Below, one piece after another: positions 47,801 through 59,825 of a stretch of DNA of 64,000 bases. Made by a program: the position numbers and the translations under genes. The notes under the pieces were generated by a model. It was not told where the DNA came from, ran no database searches, and saw only the letters and a list, made by a program, of their open reading frames with translations. Positions within the stretch are counted from its first letter, which is position 1. Each line of letters begins with the position of its first letter. Source of the DNA: Cyanophora paradoxa CCMP329 (taxonomy: Eukaryota > Plantae > Glaucophyta); NCBI GenBank assembly GCA_004431415.1, contig QPMI01000553.1, positions 1-64,000 on the forward strand, read 5' to 3'.

Positions 47801-50759
47801 GTGACCGGGGAGGAGGTCGACGCCGAGGCCGCCCGCAAGCGCGCCGCCCGCGTCCTCAAGCTCGTCCGCTCCAAGGCGCGCGCGCCTTCCACTCTGATTC
47901 TTATAGCTGGCTCTAAGCTAGCTAGGCGATTACCTAAGCTAACTCGTAGCTAGATCGCCGCTCCCGCCGGCCCGCCTTCTCCTACTCTGACTTCACGCTC
48001 CGAGCAGAAGAAGGCAGCGGGGGCGGGGGCGGCCGGCGGCGGCGTGCGCTCCGTGGAGGGGGCCTTCGAGCTGCTGCTGGAGCACATGGCGCTGCAGCTG
48101 CGCGCCGAGCCGGCCGAGGTTGCCCCGCTCCTCGAGGTCCGCTGGGCTTTGTTCGTTCGTTCCTCTAAGACCTCCTCAAGGGCGCTTCTCGTGTGTAGGA
48201 AGTGGAGGAGTGCTACAAGCGCGCGGCGGCCGAGGAGGACCGCCGCGCGGGGGCCGCCGCCGCCGCCGCCGCCGCCGCCTCGGCCAAGAAGAAGCGCAAG
48301 GGGGCGGACGCGGAGGAGGCCACGGGGGCCGGGGCCGAGGAGGAGCCGGCGTGGGTCGAGGTGCTGACGGAGGTCCTCGTGAGCCTCCTGGCGCGGCCCT
48401 CGGCGCTGCTTCGGGAGCTCGCCGGCGGTGTCTTCCGCGCCCTGTGCCCCCGCCTCACGCCGGCGGCGCTCGAGACGCTCCTGCGGGTCGTGCGCCCCAA
48501 GGAGGGCCGCCACGCCGCCGAGGACAGCGACGAGGAGGAGGAGGAGGAGGGCGAGGACCTGCTCGAGGGGGCCGCCAGCGCCAGCGGGAGCGGAAGCGGC
48601 TCGGAGGACGAGGAGGAGGAAGAAGAGGAGGAGGAGGAGGAGGAGGAGGAGGAGAAGCCAGCGAAGAAGCAGGCGAAGCCGGCCAAGCCAGCAACGAAGG
48701 AGGGCGAGGAGGAGGAAGAGGACGCGTCGTCGGTGAGCGAGATGGACGACGAGGAGATGCTGGCCAAGGACCACCTCCTCGAGGCCGTCCTCCGCGAGCG
48801 CCGCCGCCTCAAGGACCGCGGTCCGAGTCCCGCCCCGCCCGCCCGCTTCTCGGAGCGCTCTCCCGACGAGGAGCTCGATGTCCATATACATATCTTAAGC
48901 TGCCTACATATCTTAAGCTGCCAAGTCTCTATCTATCTATCTATCTATCTAACGAATCCTGCGCAGAGGGCCCGCAGGCGGCGCTGCACTTCCGGCTCCG
49001 CGTGGTGGACCTCGTCGAGGCCTTCGCGAAGCACGCCACCTCGGGCGGGCACGGCGAGGCGCCGCCGGCCGCCCCTTCCCAGCCCGGCGCCTCGCGCTGC
49101 GCGATGCTGCTGCGGTGCCTGCCCGCGCTCCTGGACGCGGCGTCGAACGCGGAGGGCAAGAAGCAGCTCCGCCCGATGCTCGAGCGCGCCTCGGGGCTCG
49201 TGGGGCGCATCACGCGCGCCAAGGAGCTGCCGAGGGACCTGGACGCCCCCGGGCGGGAGGAGGCCGCCGCGCTCGCCGAGCGGCTCGTGGACCGCCTGGC
49301 GCGGACGCGGCCCTCGTCGGCCCCCGCCGCCCTCCTCCGCTCCGCCCTCGCCCTCCTCCTCCGCCTCGTCGCCCACGCCCCTCAGGCCCCGGCCCCGGCG
49401 CCGGCGCCGGCCTCGGCCAAGAAGAAGGTGAAGAAGGGGGCAGAGGCGGCGGCGGCGGAGGCCGCCGCGGAGGCCTCGGCCTCGCCCAACCCCGAAGACG
49501 CGGTGGGGCGCGTGGCGGGGGCGTACGCGAGGGCCTTCGAGGACCTTATGACCCGCAAGAAGAGCAAGGCTCGTACCCCCCCCTTCCCCCCCCCCACACA
49601 CACACCCGCCCCCCCCCCTCCCCCCCCCCGCCCCCCCCGCCCCGCCCGCGCCTTTCCCCCCCCAGATCCAGCTAACCCTGGGCCCTTTCTTTCTATTTTC
49701 AGGTGCCCCTGAAGCTGTTCGCGGAGGCGGCCGAGCGGCAGGGCCCTTTCGCGTGGCAGCACCTCTGCCCCCGCATGCTCGAGCTCGTCCCCCGCGCCCA
49801 CTCCCACGTCAGCTTTCTTATCTGATCTGATCTGATCCGTCTGATCTGATCTGATCTGATCTGACGGCGCCGCCAGTTCCTGCTGTGCGAGGGGCTGGTG
49901 GCCTTGACGCCCCTCTTCCGCGCCAAGGCGGCCCACGAGGACGGGGCCCGCCTGAGGGCCCTCGCCGGCCCCCTCAACGTCGCCCTGACGCGGGCCCTCG
50001 CCCCGCCCGAGTCGGAGGGCGGCCACGCGGCGGCACTCAAGGCCAAGCGCCTCCGCGTCGTCCTGCTCTTCGCACAGGCGGCCCTCAAGGCCTACGCGGC
50101 GGCCGGGCTCGCCCCGGCCCTCCGCGCCGCCCCGCACGCGAAGGAGGCGCGGGAGGCCTTCGAGGCGATGGCGGGCGCCGCGGGGCGCTTCCCCTCCAAG
50201 CCCCTCGCCGCCCTCGCCGCCGCCGTCTGGCGCCTCATGACGGGCGACGACGCGTGCGCCGCCCCGGCCGGCCCTTTGATTCTTCTTCTTCCTCCCGCGG
50301 CTCACGCTTTGCAGGGCGTCGCTGCCGGCGCCGGCGGAGGGGCGGGAGGCGGGCGCCGGGGCGCCCAAGGGGAAGCAGGGGCAGAAGCGGCCGCCGCCAA
50401 AGGGGGCGAAGGGGGTCGCCCTCTCGAACGGCGGCCCCGCGGGGAGCGACGACGAGGCCAGCGGCGAGGAGGCGGAGGCGGAGGCGGAGGACGAGGACGA
50501 GGCGCCGAAGCCCAAGCGGCCCAAGGGGGCGGCGCCTAAGCAGAAGGCCGCCTCGGCGGCTCCGGCGGCGGCGGCGGCGGCGGGCGGCAAGTCCCCAAAG
50601 GGGCAACAGCAGGGCAAGGGGAAGAAGCCGGCGGCTCCCAAGGCGGGAGCCGGGGCCCCGAAGGAGGGGGCCGGCAAGGGCGGCAAGGGGGCCGCCAAGC
50701 CCGCGGCGGCGGCCGCCAGCGGCGGCGGTAAGAAGCAGAAGCCCAAGCAGCACAGCTGA
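44883..50759 (+). CDS. MYBBP1A: Myb-binding protein 1A / DNA polymerase phi (Pol5) family nucleolar protein
   Basis: FWDLS, YAVKRLVRGLASSREGSRQGFATALTE, HPRTH..W, EPAWVEVLTEVLVSLL, acidic tract, MDDEEMLAKDHLL, HFRLRVVDL, Lys-rich tail. Confidence 0.9.
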
Positions 50760-51451
50760 GCGCGCAGTATCGATTCGTTGACGGTATACGTATACGTAGG
50801 CGGCTTCTGTAGCTAGCGCTAGGCGCAAGCCGAGGCAGCGTTTTTACTGAGTAGCGATCGTGGTCATGAGCCGGTGGCATGCGCATGCATGCACTCGAGA
50901 TTTAGGACTAGCGATAGTAGCTGCCCGGTGCCAACGAGTGTTCGAGATGTAGGACTAGCGCTAGCTATAGTAGCTGCCAACGCGTACCGTACGCGTGCGG
51001 CCGGGCGGTCGCGGGGGCCCTCGGCACGGTGCAAATTGAATATTTAATTCAATGGGGGAGCTTAGGCAGCCCTGCACACAGCTAGCTACAGCCAGCTTCC
51101 ACATAGCGATCGGGCTTGCGACGCGCGCCGGCCGCGAGGCAGGCGGTGCTTGCGAGAGCAGCGTGCGGGACGCGCGGCTGGCCGGGCCGGGCCCCGCCGG
51201 GTGCCGCGGGAGGCTCAGACCGCAGACAGTACCGCCGGCTGCCCGCGACAGCCCGGGCTCTCACGAGCCGCTCCTGGCCATGGCCGGGGCCGGGGCGGCG
51301 GCCTCGGCAGCGGCCGGCTGGGAGGTGGCGGCTCCCGCGGGGCCCTACGGAGATGGGCGGCGCCCGCCGGGCGGGGGCGCCTCGGCCGCGGCTTCGGAGG
51401 TGCGCGGAGTGGGGAGCCGCGCGCGTTCGAGAGTCGCGCCAGCCGCGCGCG

Positions 51452-52219
51452 CTACCCCTCCGACGGGCTGAGCACGAGCCGAATCTCGGTGACTGCAGGG
51501 GAGCAAGAGCGCGCGTCAGCAGCAGCGGGAGCCTGCGCGCGGGCGGGGCGGGGCGGGGCCGCGTCTGCACCGAGCCGGGGGTTGATGGATGGCTGGAGGG
51601 CCCACAGGCTCGCGACGTTCGCGAAGTCGTCCGCCTTCTCGTGGTGGATGCGAGCGACGAGGGTGCGCTTGAGCTGGAGCCTGGCGGCGCGACCGGGCCG
51701 TGAGGGAGAGCGGGAGGCGGCGACCCGAAGCGCGCGCACTCGTCGGCGTGCATGCGATGCGCCGCAAGCAGGGCTTCGACGAGCTCCACGAGCGCGAATG
51801 AGGTCTCCGTGCGGACGCAGACCGAGCCGCAAACGCCCTCCCTCCGCTCGCGTTCTTTCAGGGCCTGGAACGCCGATTCGCCAATCTTCTCCATCTCGGA
51901 GACAGCCTTCTCCATGCTCGCGCTGCGGGAGGCTCAGCGGGGCGATCGGCGGGTGTCGCGCGGACCGGCGGACGCACAGATCCTCCTGCAGATTGGATAG
52001 GGCCTTCATGAACGCGCTAAGCTGCCTGTTGCGCAGGCTCTCCAAGGCGCCCGCGTAGCCCGCGACGAGCCCGTCCGACCCGTCGTTCGATTCCAGGCTG
52101 TGGATCGATGCGACCAGCTGCTGCAGGCGCGAGAGAGATGCGCTGGAGCTCTCTTGGGCTTTCGCCCACTGCTGCAGCGCCCGATCGAGGCCCGCGGACC
52201 ATGCCGCGGACGCCGCCAT
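51452..52219 (-). CDS. C1orf109/AIRIM-like ribosome maturation factor (4 exons)
   Basis: About 180-aa helical protein with W...Q...L..L, LESLRNRQL, ELVEAL...RM, LKRTLV..I, LWALQPSI. Matches the C1orf109 family pattern from memory. Confidence 0.6.
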   Translation of the reverse strand: MAASAAWSAGLDRALQQWAKAQESSSASLSRLQQLVASIHSLESNDGSDGLVAGYAGALESLRNRQLSAFMKALSNLQEDLCVRRSARHPPIAPLSLPQREHGEGCLRDGEDWRIGVPGPERTRAEGGRLRLGLRPHGDLIRARGARRSPACGASHARRRVRALRVAASRSPSRPGRAARLQLKRTLVARIHHEKADDFANVASLWALQPSINPRLGADAAPPRPARAQAPAAADARSCSPAVTEIRLVLSPSEG

Positions 52220-53259
52220 TTCGTTCTCGATCTACGTACCCCGCTCGGCGCCGGCGACCGCTCAACTTTAATCGCCGCGGCGCCGCGCCGGCGCCAGCGC
52301 CGGCGCCGCCCCGGCACGCGCGCCGTGCGCCCAGCGGGAGCGCTAGCTATAGCTAGCTATAGGCTATAGCGCTTAATCACATTGAATTATAAGTCATGAT
52401 GCGCATGCGCCAGTGGCACCAGTGCGCATGTGAACTGTGGCAGGCCTAGGCCGCTCGATCAGGAGCTCGAGCTGAATTTGATCAGTTGAATTGCACGCAC
52501 GAATATATAATCGACCGGCCCCGGCGCCGGCGGCGAGCCTCACGCGGGACCCGCGAGAGGAGGCGAAGACGTCATATATACCTGAATAAATACGTATACG
52601 AGGCAATACTATGATACGATACGCACACGGAAGGCTATATATCGATATCGTGATATCAATCGACTGTGGCGTATTGCGGAGTAAAGCCCAGGTTTACTAC
52701 CGTACGTAAACTGCTCAGCGGCTACGACAATGCAAAAACGTGCGAATCCTAATTGCACGGGATAAATTGAATCGATATCCTACGTAAACTAAGTTTTCAA
52801 TTGTGAATAATGGTACATGTACACCGACTCAGTGAGTGCTTGCAGTCGAGAAAGCAGAGAGAGCTCGAGAAGGGCGAAAGGGTGAAAGTATACGTACTAC
52901 GGTACTAAAGCGCGAATTGAAACTAAAGTGACCAGAGTGAAATTGAACCTAAGTTATGCTGACTGTGAACTGACGGGGATGTGCGCGGGCCGAGGAATCG
53001 AATCGGGACCCGGGGCCGGCCTAGAGGCCAGCGGCGGGGCCTAAAGCCGCACACGCACACACGCGCGCGCGTATGCGCAACTGGCCCCGCGAAATGCATA
53101 TGTAGAGGTGAAGCTCATGGAAGCCGCCCGGATGAAGCGGGGATCGGGTGGGGGTGCTGGACATGGGCCGCGGGCCTAGATGCCCGGGAATTCGAAATGC
53201 ATATGTAGAGGTGAGGCTTATGGGAGGCGTCCGGGTGGAGCGGGGATCGGATGGGGGTG

Positions 53260-56200
53260 CTAGAGGCCCGGGAAGAGGGCACCGTCGACGAGGAGCGGGC
53301 TGAGGCAGTGCCCGCCCTCGGGCAGCGAGATGTCGACGGTCGGGAGCTCCAGCGGCGCTGGCGGCGGCGCGGCCGGCGGGGCCGGGGCCGGGCCGGGGCC
53401 GGGGCGCCGGGGCCGGCTCGGGGCGGCCTTGGCGCGGAGGCGGGCCTCGGCGGAGGCGGCGAGGTAGCAGTGGAGGAAGACGTTCACGTCCTCCACCTGC
53501 ACCGGTACCCCCGCCCCGCCCGCCCCCTCCGGCCCCTCCGGCCCCTCCCCCCCGGAATCCTCCCCTGCGGCCCCCTCGAGCTCCTGGAAAGGCCCAGAAG
53601 CGGGGGCGGCGGCGGCGGCGGCGGCGGAGAGGCGGCTCTGGATGGGTCCCACCAGCAGCCGCCGGATCGCCGCCGTCACGTCCTTAACTGCACGCGCGGG
53701 CGCGCGGGCGAGTCAGCGGCGGGAGCGGGGAGGCCTAGGGGGCCGGGGCCGGGGTGGAGGCCGGGGCCGGCCGCACTCGAGGCGGCTGGGTCCCGGTAGA
53801 GCAGGGAGCGCGCGGCGCGGAGGCGCGCGGCGGCGGCGGAGATGGCGGCGTGGTCGAAGCCCGGCACGCGGTTCGCCAGCACGATCTGCCCACGGCATGA
53901 GGCGCCGGCGCGGGCCCGGGGCGGGGCGGGCGGGGGCGGACCTCGGCCTGCTCGGCCCAGCGGGCGAGGGAGCGGAGCTTGCGCTGGGGCCAGCGGGTGA
54001 TGCCGTGGGCGCGGCAGACCTGCTTGACCACCGCGGGGGCGATGCCTAGCCGCTTTGCCGCGTCCTGCGCGCGCCGGCGTCAGGGGGGGGGGGGGGGGGG
54101 AGGGGGGTACGTGCACGCGCCGCCATGGGGAGGTCGAAGAGGGCGACGATAGAGTCGCGCGGGTGCGCCGCCGCCAGCCGCGCGATCGCGGCCTGGCCCC
54201 CCTGGGACGGGTAGGCGTCGACGGGGGCGGAGGGGGTACCGAGAAGCGAGGGCCCGAGCACGGGGCGCACCTCGGCGGGCGAGGGGTTCTGGAGGCGCGC
54301 GGCGGCGGCCGAAGCGGCGGCCCGCTCGGCCTCGAGGCGCGCCCGCAGGCGGGCCCGCTGCGCCGCCGTCAGCAAAAGGAAAAGGAAGAAAAAAGGAAGA
54401 AAAGGGAGGCGAGGGGGGGTACCTGCTCGGCGGCGACCTTGCGGAGGAGCGGCTCATCGGATTCGAACGGCAGCGGCGGCGCGGGGAAGCCGCGCGGGGA
54501 GGCGACGCCCGCCGGAGCGGGAGCCGAGGCCCTAGCCCGCGCCGGGGCCGGGCAGGCGAAGGCGGGCGGGAGCTCGAGCGACAGGCCGCCGCCGTACGCT
54601 CCGCGGCCGGCGGCTTCGACGACGTCGATCGCGAGGGGCGACGGCAGCTGCGGCTGGGCGGGCCCGAAGCAGTCGGGAAGGGCGACGGTGTGCAGGGCGC
54701 CTCCCTCGCCGTAGTACGTCACGAAGTTGCACGCGGCGCCGGCGTCCACGGCCAGGGCCGGCGCCGGCGCCGGCCCCGGCACGCGGCCACGGCGGGGGCC
54801 CTGCGGCTCCATGGCCGGCGGTCCTGCGCGCACGCGCGCGGTGAGGCGGCTGCGCCTTGCGAGGCGCGCGCGCGGGGGGGCGCCGGCTCGCGATCGCCGC
54901 ACCGTCGTTAGTGTCGGCCGCGGCGGCGGCGGCGGGCGGGGCGGAGGCCGGGCGGGGCTTGCAGAGCCACGGGGGAAGGAACTTGCCGTCGCAGCCTGCG
55001 CGAAGCCTCTGCGGAGGGTCCCCTCTAGATCTGAGAAGAGGGCGGGGCGGACCTTCACGCTGGAGGCGCTCGAGGTAGGCGGCGTTGACGGAGCCCGAGA
55101 GGGCGATGCTGGCGGCGCTGGCGCCGGCGCCCCGCCGTCCGTCCTGCGGCGGAAGCTTCGGCGTCGGATGGTGATCGCGACCGCGAGCTCGAGGGCTCGA
55201 GCTCGGGGCCGGGGCCGGGGACGGGGGCGGATGGCCGGCTCACGTAGGACTCGCGGCGCTTGGCGGGCAAGGACGGGGCGTCGGCCTCAGCGTCTGCCAG
55301 GTTCCGCTTGTTGCAGGGCTGGCGCCCGGGCGTGCTGGCGCCCGATCGGGGGCCGGCGCGGGGCGAGTTGAGCGTGGCCGCGTCAAAGAGGCGGCCGGGG
55401 AGGCTGCTCGTGCTGTCCGAGCGCGGGATGCGAGGCCCTGAGAGAGGCCCGAAGACAGCCGCCGCCGCCGGCGCCGGTGCCGCGGGCCCGCAGCTGCCGC
55501 AACTTTCGGCCGGGGCGACTGCGCCGATCGCGAGGGGGACGGGAAAGACGGGCGCGGACCCATCAGCGCGCCCCAGGTCGATGGTGAGGTCCCCAAGCTG
55601 ACCGCGGAGCTGGGACAGCGGTACGCGCACGAGCACGTAGCCCGGCGGGGCCGCCGGCGGGCACCCGCCCGCCGCCTCCGCCTCCTGCCCATCCCAGCGC
55701 CCTCCCGTCAGGTGCGCGCGAATTTTCGAAGGGCGAATTTTCGAAGGGCGATTTTTCGATCGCCAGGAAAAGAGTTAAACATGGCGAGCGAACCGGGGTC
55801 GAAGGGACCGGGGAGGGGGCCGCGAGTGGAGAAAAGGGGCCAGAGAGGTCTGAGGGGGCTTCGAAAGGCCCGCGGCTCGCCCTGCCCTCCTCGCCGCGGC
55901 CGCCGGCCGCCGGATGGAGCGGGAAATTTAAAGCGAAGGGGAATTCGAAGGGCGGAATGTCGGTGGCGGGCGCGCGCGGGTCCTCCGAATGAGCCGCGGC
56001 CGCGACCTCGCCGGCATCGAGCTGGAGGTCCAAGAAGAAGGCACTGGGCGAGAGCATGGGGGAGGCGAGCGCGGGAATTTCCTGCCCGTCTGTGCCGTCG
56101 AGCCCGGCGGGAGCCGCGCAGCCGGCGGGGAGGAAGGTCGCGGCCTCGCCGGCGAGGCGCTGGGCCGGGGAGTGCGCGAGGAACGGGTCGCAAGTGTCCA

Positions 56201-56264
56201 GCCCCAGGCCGATGCCCGGGGCGCCGCTGTTGCAGCTCGCGGCGAGGCAGACCGCGGCCTCCAT
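53260..56264 (-). CDS. RWP-RK domain transcription factor
   Basis: SIVALFDLPM-AAA..RLGIAPAVVKQVCRAHGITRWPQRKLRSL at about 53960-54155, preceded by a long low-complexity N-terminal region (5' structure approximate). Confidence 0.85.
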
Positions 56265-57320
56265 GGCCGTGTACGTACGCGCCTCTCGCTCGTCGCTCCG
56301 GCAACGCCGACGCCGGACTGCTGCGCGCGCGTTCTTGGGTTCGCGCGCTCCGTGGCCGACTTCAGCAAGGTTCTAGATATGCTGCTGCCGCCGCACGTAC
56401 ATGCGCGCAAGATCTAGATGCGTCCCGGCGTTCTGGTTTTGCTGTTGCTGGCTTCAACAGGCTTCAAGGCGATGCCTTTGAGCCTCAGCCGGCGCCCTCA
56501 GGGCCTGTCGGAGGAACTTGGACGGAGGCGACAACCGCTTGAACGGCCGCAAAAACGCATGCGCACCAGATATATTTGAGGCATCATATGCATATGCCGG
56601 CGAGGCGACGCCGCGACGGCGCCGGCTGCGGTGACCGTCGGACTCACTGAGTCACTGCCGCGGCCGCGGATGTCACTTGGACTCAGTGCCGATTCTGCCG
56701 AGCACGCGCCGGGCCGCCGGGCGCGGCGTCCACGGTCCACGTGCCGGTCCACGTGCCACGCCATGCACATGTAAAGAGGGAGCTCCGGACTCCGGACCGA
56801 TCGGCCACCTCTCGAGCTTGCCCAGTCCGAGGCTGTCCGAGGCTCCGATCGCGATCTGGGAGATAGACTTTATCGATTACCGGTAGAGACCGGAACGGCG
56901 TCGCGTTCGGACCCGGGAGGCGGCGGGAGCGCGGGGCCGCGCGCGACGCTTGAATTTTGATTGTTGCTGTACCCTTGCCGCAGTGCCGTCGCTTGAATTT
57001 CTAATTGTTGCTGTACCCCTTCCGGCCAAGCGCCATCTGTCGCGAGTCGCGACGCTACAGCTTTGAGATGCCGCGCCACGGCACACGGGATTTTAGGTCA
57101 GCGACACGTGTTGACGTCCGCGGGATTGCTGTAGGCGTCAACTCGTGTCCGCGGGATTGCTGTAGGCGTCAACTCGTGCTCCCTGCGGGGAACAGACTGG
57201 CCAGTTCAAGCAGACGGCCATATGCATGCATCTCGGCCGTTCAAGTAGACGGCCATCCCATCACCAGATCTCTCACCTAGCTTCTTCTTCTTAGTAGAGT
57301 CGTCGTTCGCATTCGCCATC

Positions 57321-58058
57321 ATGCCGTCGCCAACAGCCGACGTACCGCGCGGCGTCGTTTTCCGGCTTCAGGCCGTGGCGTAGGCGCGCACTGCCGGCGT
57401 CGGCAGCTGTCGTCACCTCCCGTCGGCCCTGGACTCGTCCTTTTCTGCGACTTCGGGCCACCTTCCTACTCTGCACAAGCTTTCCGATGCCGCCGGAAGC
57501 TTCCGACGTCCTGTCTTCGGGCGGCGACGAGTGTTTCTTATCGACGGTGAGCAACGCGTCGTCGCCGATGCCCCTGGGCTCTTCGTAATCCATCGCCAGG
57601 AATACCGCTCGCAGAAGAAGCGGCCGTCGGCGTCTCTGTCAGCATCTCTGCCGCCTCCGGTGCTCCCCGGCGGCGCCGTCCTTGATTTGAACGCCTTCGC
57701 CACCTTCATCGACAGCCGCGGTACGCCGACGCCCGTTTCTCGGCATTCGACAGCCGGCGACGTGCCCGCCACCCTCGCAGGAGGCTACGGCGCCTCGCGG
57801 CGGAGGATGGACGTATGGCTCCGCGCCCGGGACGTCGCCCTGCGTCCCGGTCGCGACGGCGGCGAGGCCGTGCCGGCTCTCGACCCCACCACCATGAGGA
57901 TGGTCCGGCCGCTTCCTCCCGAGCACCGCGTCGCCCCTCGCGCTGATGCGGCGCAGCTGTACGAGATCTACGTGCTCCCATCGGAGCCGGCAAAGCGGCG
58001 CCGTCTGGATGCCGCCTCGCCCCTGCCGCCACTCGGCGAGAGCGACCCGGAGTCGCAA

Positions 58059-58090
<32 letters not shown>

Positions 58091-58751
58091 AGACGACGAC
58101 GACGGCTTCGGCTGCGCCAGCGACGGCGACGACGACGAGGAACTGGACGCTTTTCTCGCTCCGGGCCCGCTCACCCTCGCCATCCCGGCCGTCCCGCAGC
58201 CGGCGGCGGCGGCGGCGACGACGGCCACCGGCCCCGCGAGCCCCATCTCCTCGCGCTCCCCGTCGCCGGCCACGCTCCGCCGGCCGGCCGCCCTCGTCTC
58301 GCCGGGGACAATCGCGAGCCCCAAGGCGTCGGCGCCGGCGTCGCCCTTGGCGGCCGGCCTCCTGCGGGGCGCCGTCCTCGCCGCCGTCGTGCGGCACGCG
58401 GCGGCAGGCCAGCGCGTCGGGGCGCTCGCGGCGCTGCGCCTCGTCTCGCGCGAGTGGCGCGCCGCCGTCGACGCGGCGCCTCCGGCGCTCTACGCAGCGC
58501 TCGCCTTTGATGGGCTCCGCATCCCTGACGCGCCGGCGCCTTTCCTCCTGGAGGCCCTCCGCCGGGCCGCAGCCGCCGGCAGCGCCGCCGCCCTCTACGG
58601 CCTCGCCCTCGCCACGGGCCTCGGCGCCGCGGGGGCCCCGCGCGACCCGCCGGCCGCCATCTCGCTCGCCATGCGCGCCGCCGCCGCCGGCCACCCGCGC
58701 GGCGTCGAACTCGCCGGGCGCCTCGCCCCGCTCGCCCCGGCCGCCCAGTGA
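57321..58751 (+). CDS. Intron-poor protein with acidic tract, F-box-like motif and Sel1-like repeats
   Basis: 406-codon uninterrupted frame (57531-58751); LAALRLVSREWRAAVD; LRRAAAAGSAAALYGLA...RDPPAAISLAMRAAAAGH. The upstream in-frame ATG at 57321 is separated by a TAG at 57381, so the start is uncertain. Confidence 0.6.
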
Positions 58752-59825
58752 TCACGAGCGCCCGGCCCGCGCCGGCCCATCCCAGCGCTCATCCCCTCTC
58801 CAGTTTCGCACTTTACCTTTCTTTAGCGTTTTTCAATGGCGGTCGCGCCGCACTTTCCGCTATTTCGCAGCAAGCAAGTTTTCGCATACCAATAACGGTA
58901 TCTTGATTTCGATACCGGTTTCTTGATAGATACCGGTACCTTTATGTCCTGGGCAACATGTGTGGTTGACCAGAGTAGAGTTACCCTCAATGCGCACTCA
59001 TATTAGTCAGCGAGTGCTTCTATCTTTCACTTTCAAATTTTTTTGATTCGTAGCGCCAGCTTCAGTTTGTTCAGAGTAAGTCGTCCGCATCTGTGTTTAG
59101 GCTGCGAAATCGACTCGTAAACGTGTACTTTCTCGTGACCTGCATGATGTACACAGTTCGATTCGAAGATTTATATCTTTGGGTTTGTTAATACATGCAA
59201 TGGCAAGGTCCGCAGCCTTTCTAGTGTCTAATATCAATAGCATCTGGCAGTTTTATGAGCTGGCGAATTTTCGATAGACCTAGGATCTGCATTGGTGTTG
59301 AACTGTATACATAACGCATTCGTGTAAGTGATAGCTGTGAGACCAGCACCTTAAGCTTGCTTTTTCGATCGTCGGACGTTATCCTTGATACAGCATGTAG
59401 ATGTTCTCTCCGGATTCAGTGCACGAGCAACTGCAAGCTTGATCATGAGCTTCCGAAGCTCAGTGGCTCGGCCTCCAATTTGAACTTTTTGGAGTCCAGA
59501 TTCAGATTGCTAGTTGCTTTCAACAGACTCTGAAAGACTCTGAGAAAGAGTCAGTACTACACATAGCTACATATAGCTGTTGCATTCTTGCATCGACCCG
59601 ATGTTCTGAATGGAGTCAAGCCAGTGCACTGAACTTGACGTCGCGATCGACATGCACTAGCATGCGCACCGTCATGATCATGATCATGCATAAGCATATA
59701 TATAAATACATATATATCGTGAAAGCGATGGGGTACCGTAGTACCGGTGAAATGCATGCAAAGAGTGACAGGGAATTCGAATCTATACTTCTCAGAGTCT
59801 GTGAGCATTGTCTAATCCGGATCCC

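Noticed and set aside
44883-50759. A DNA polymerase gene belonging to a mobile element
   Set aside because: The Pol5/MYBBP1A family is a nucleolar ribosome-biogenesis protein, and this is an ordinary spliced host gene.
56870-58940. TACCGGT motifs on both sides of the F-box/Sel1 gene as transposon ends
   Set aside because: The matches are short palindromes with no extended TIR or TSD.
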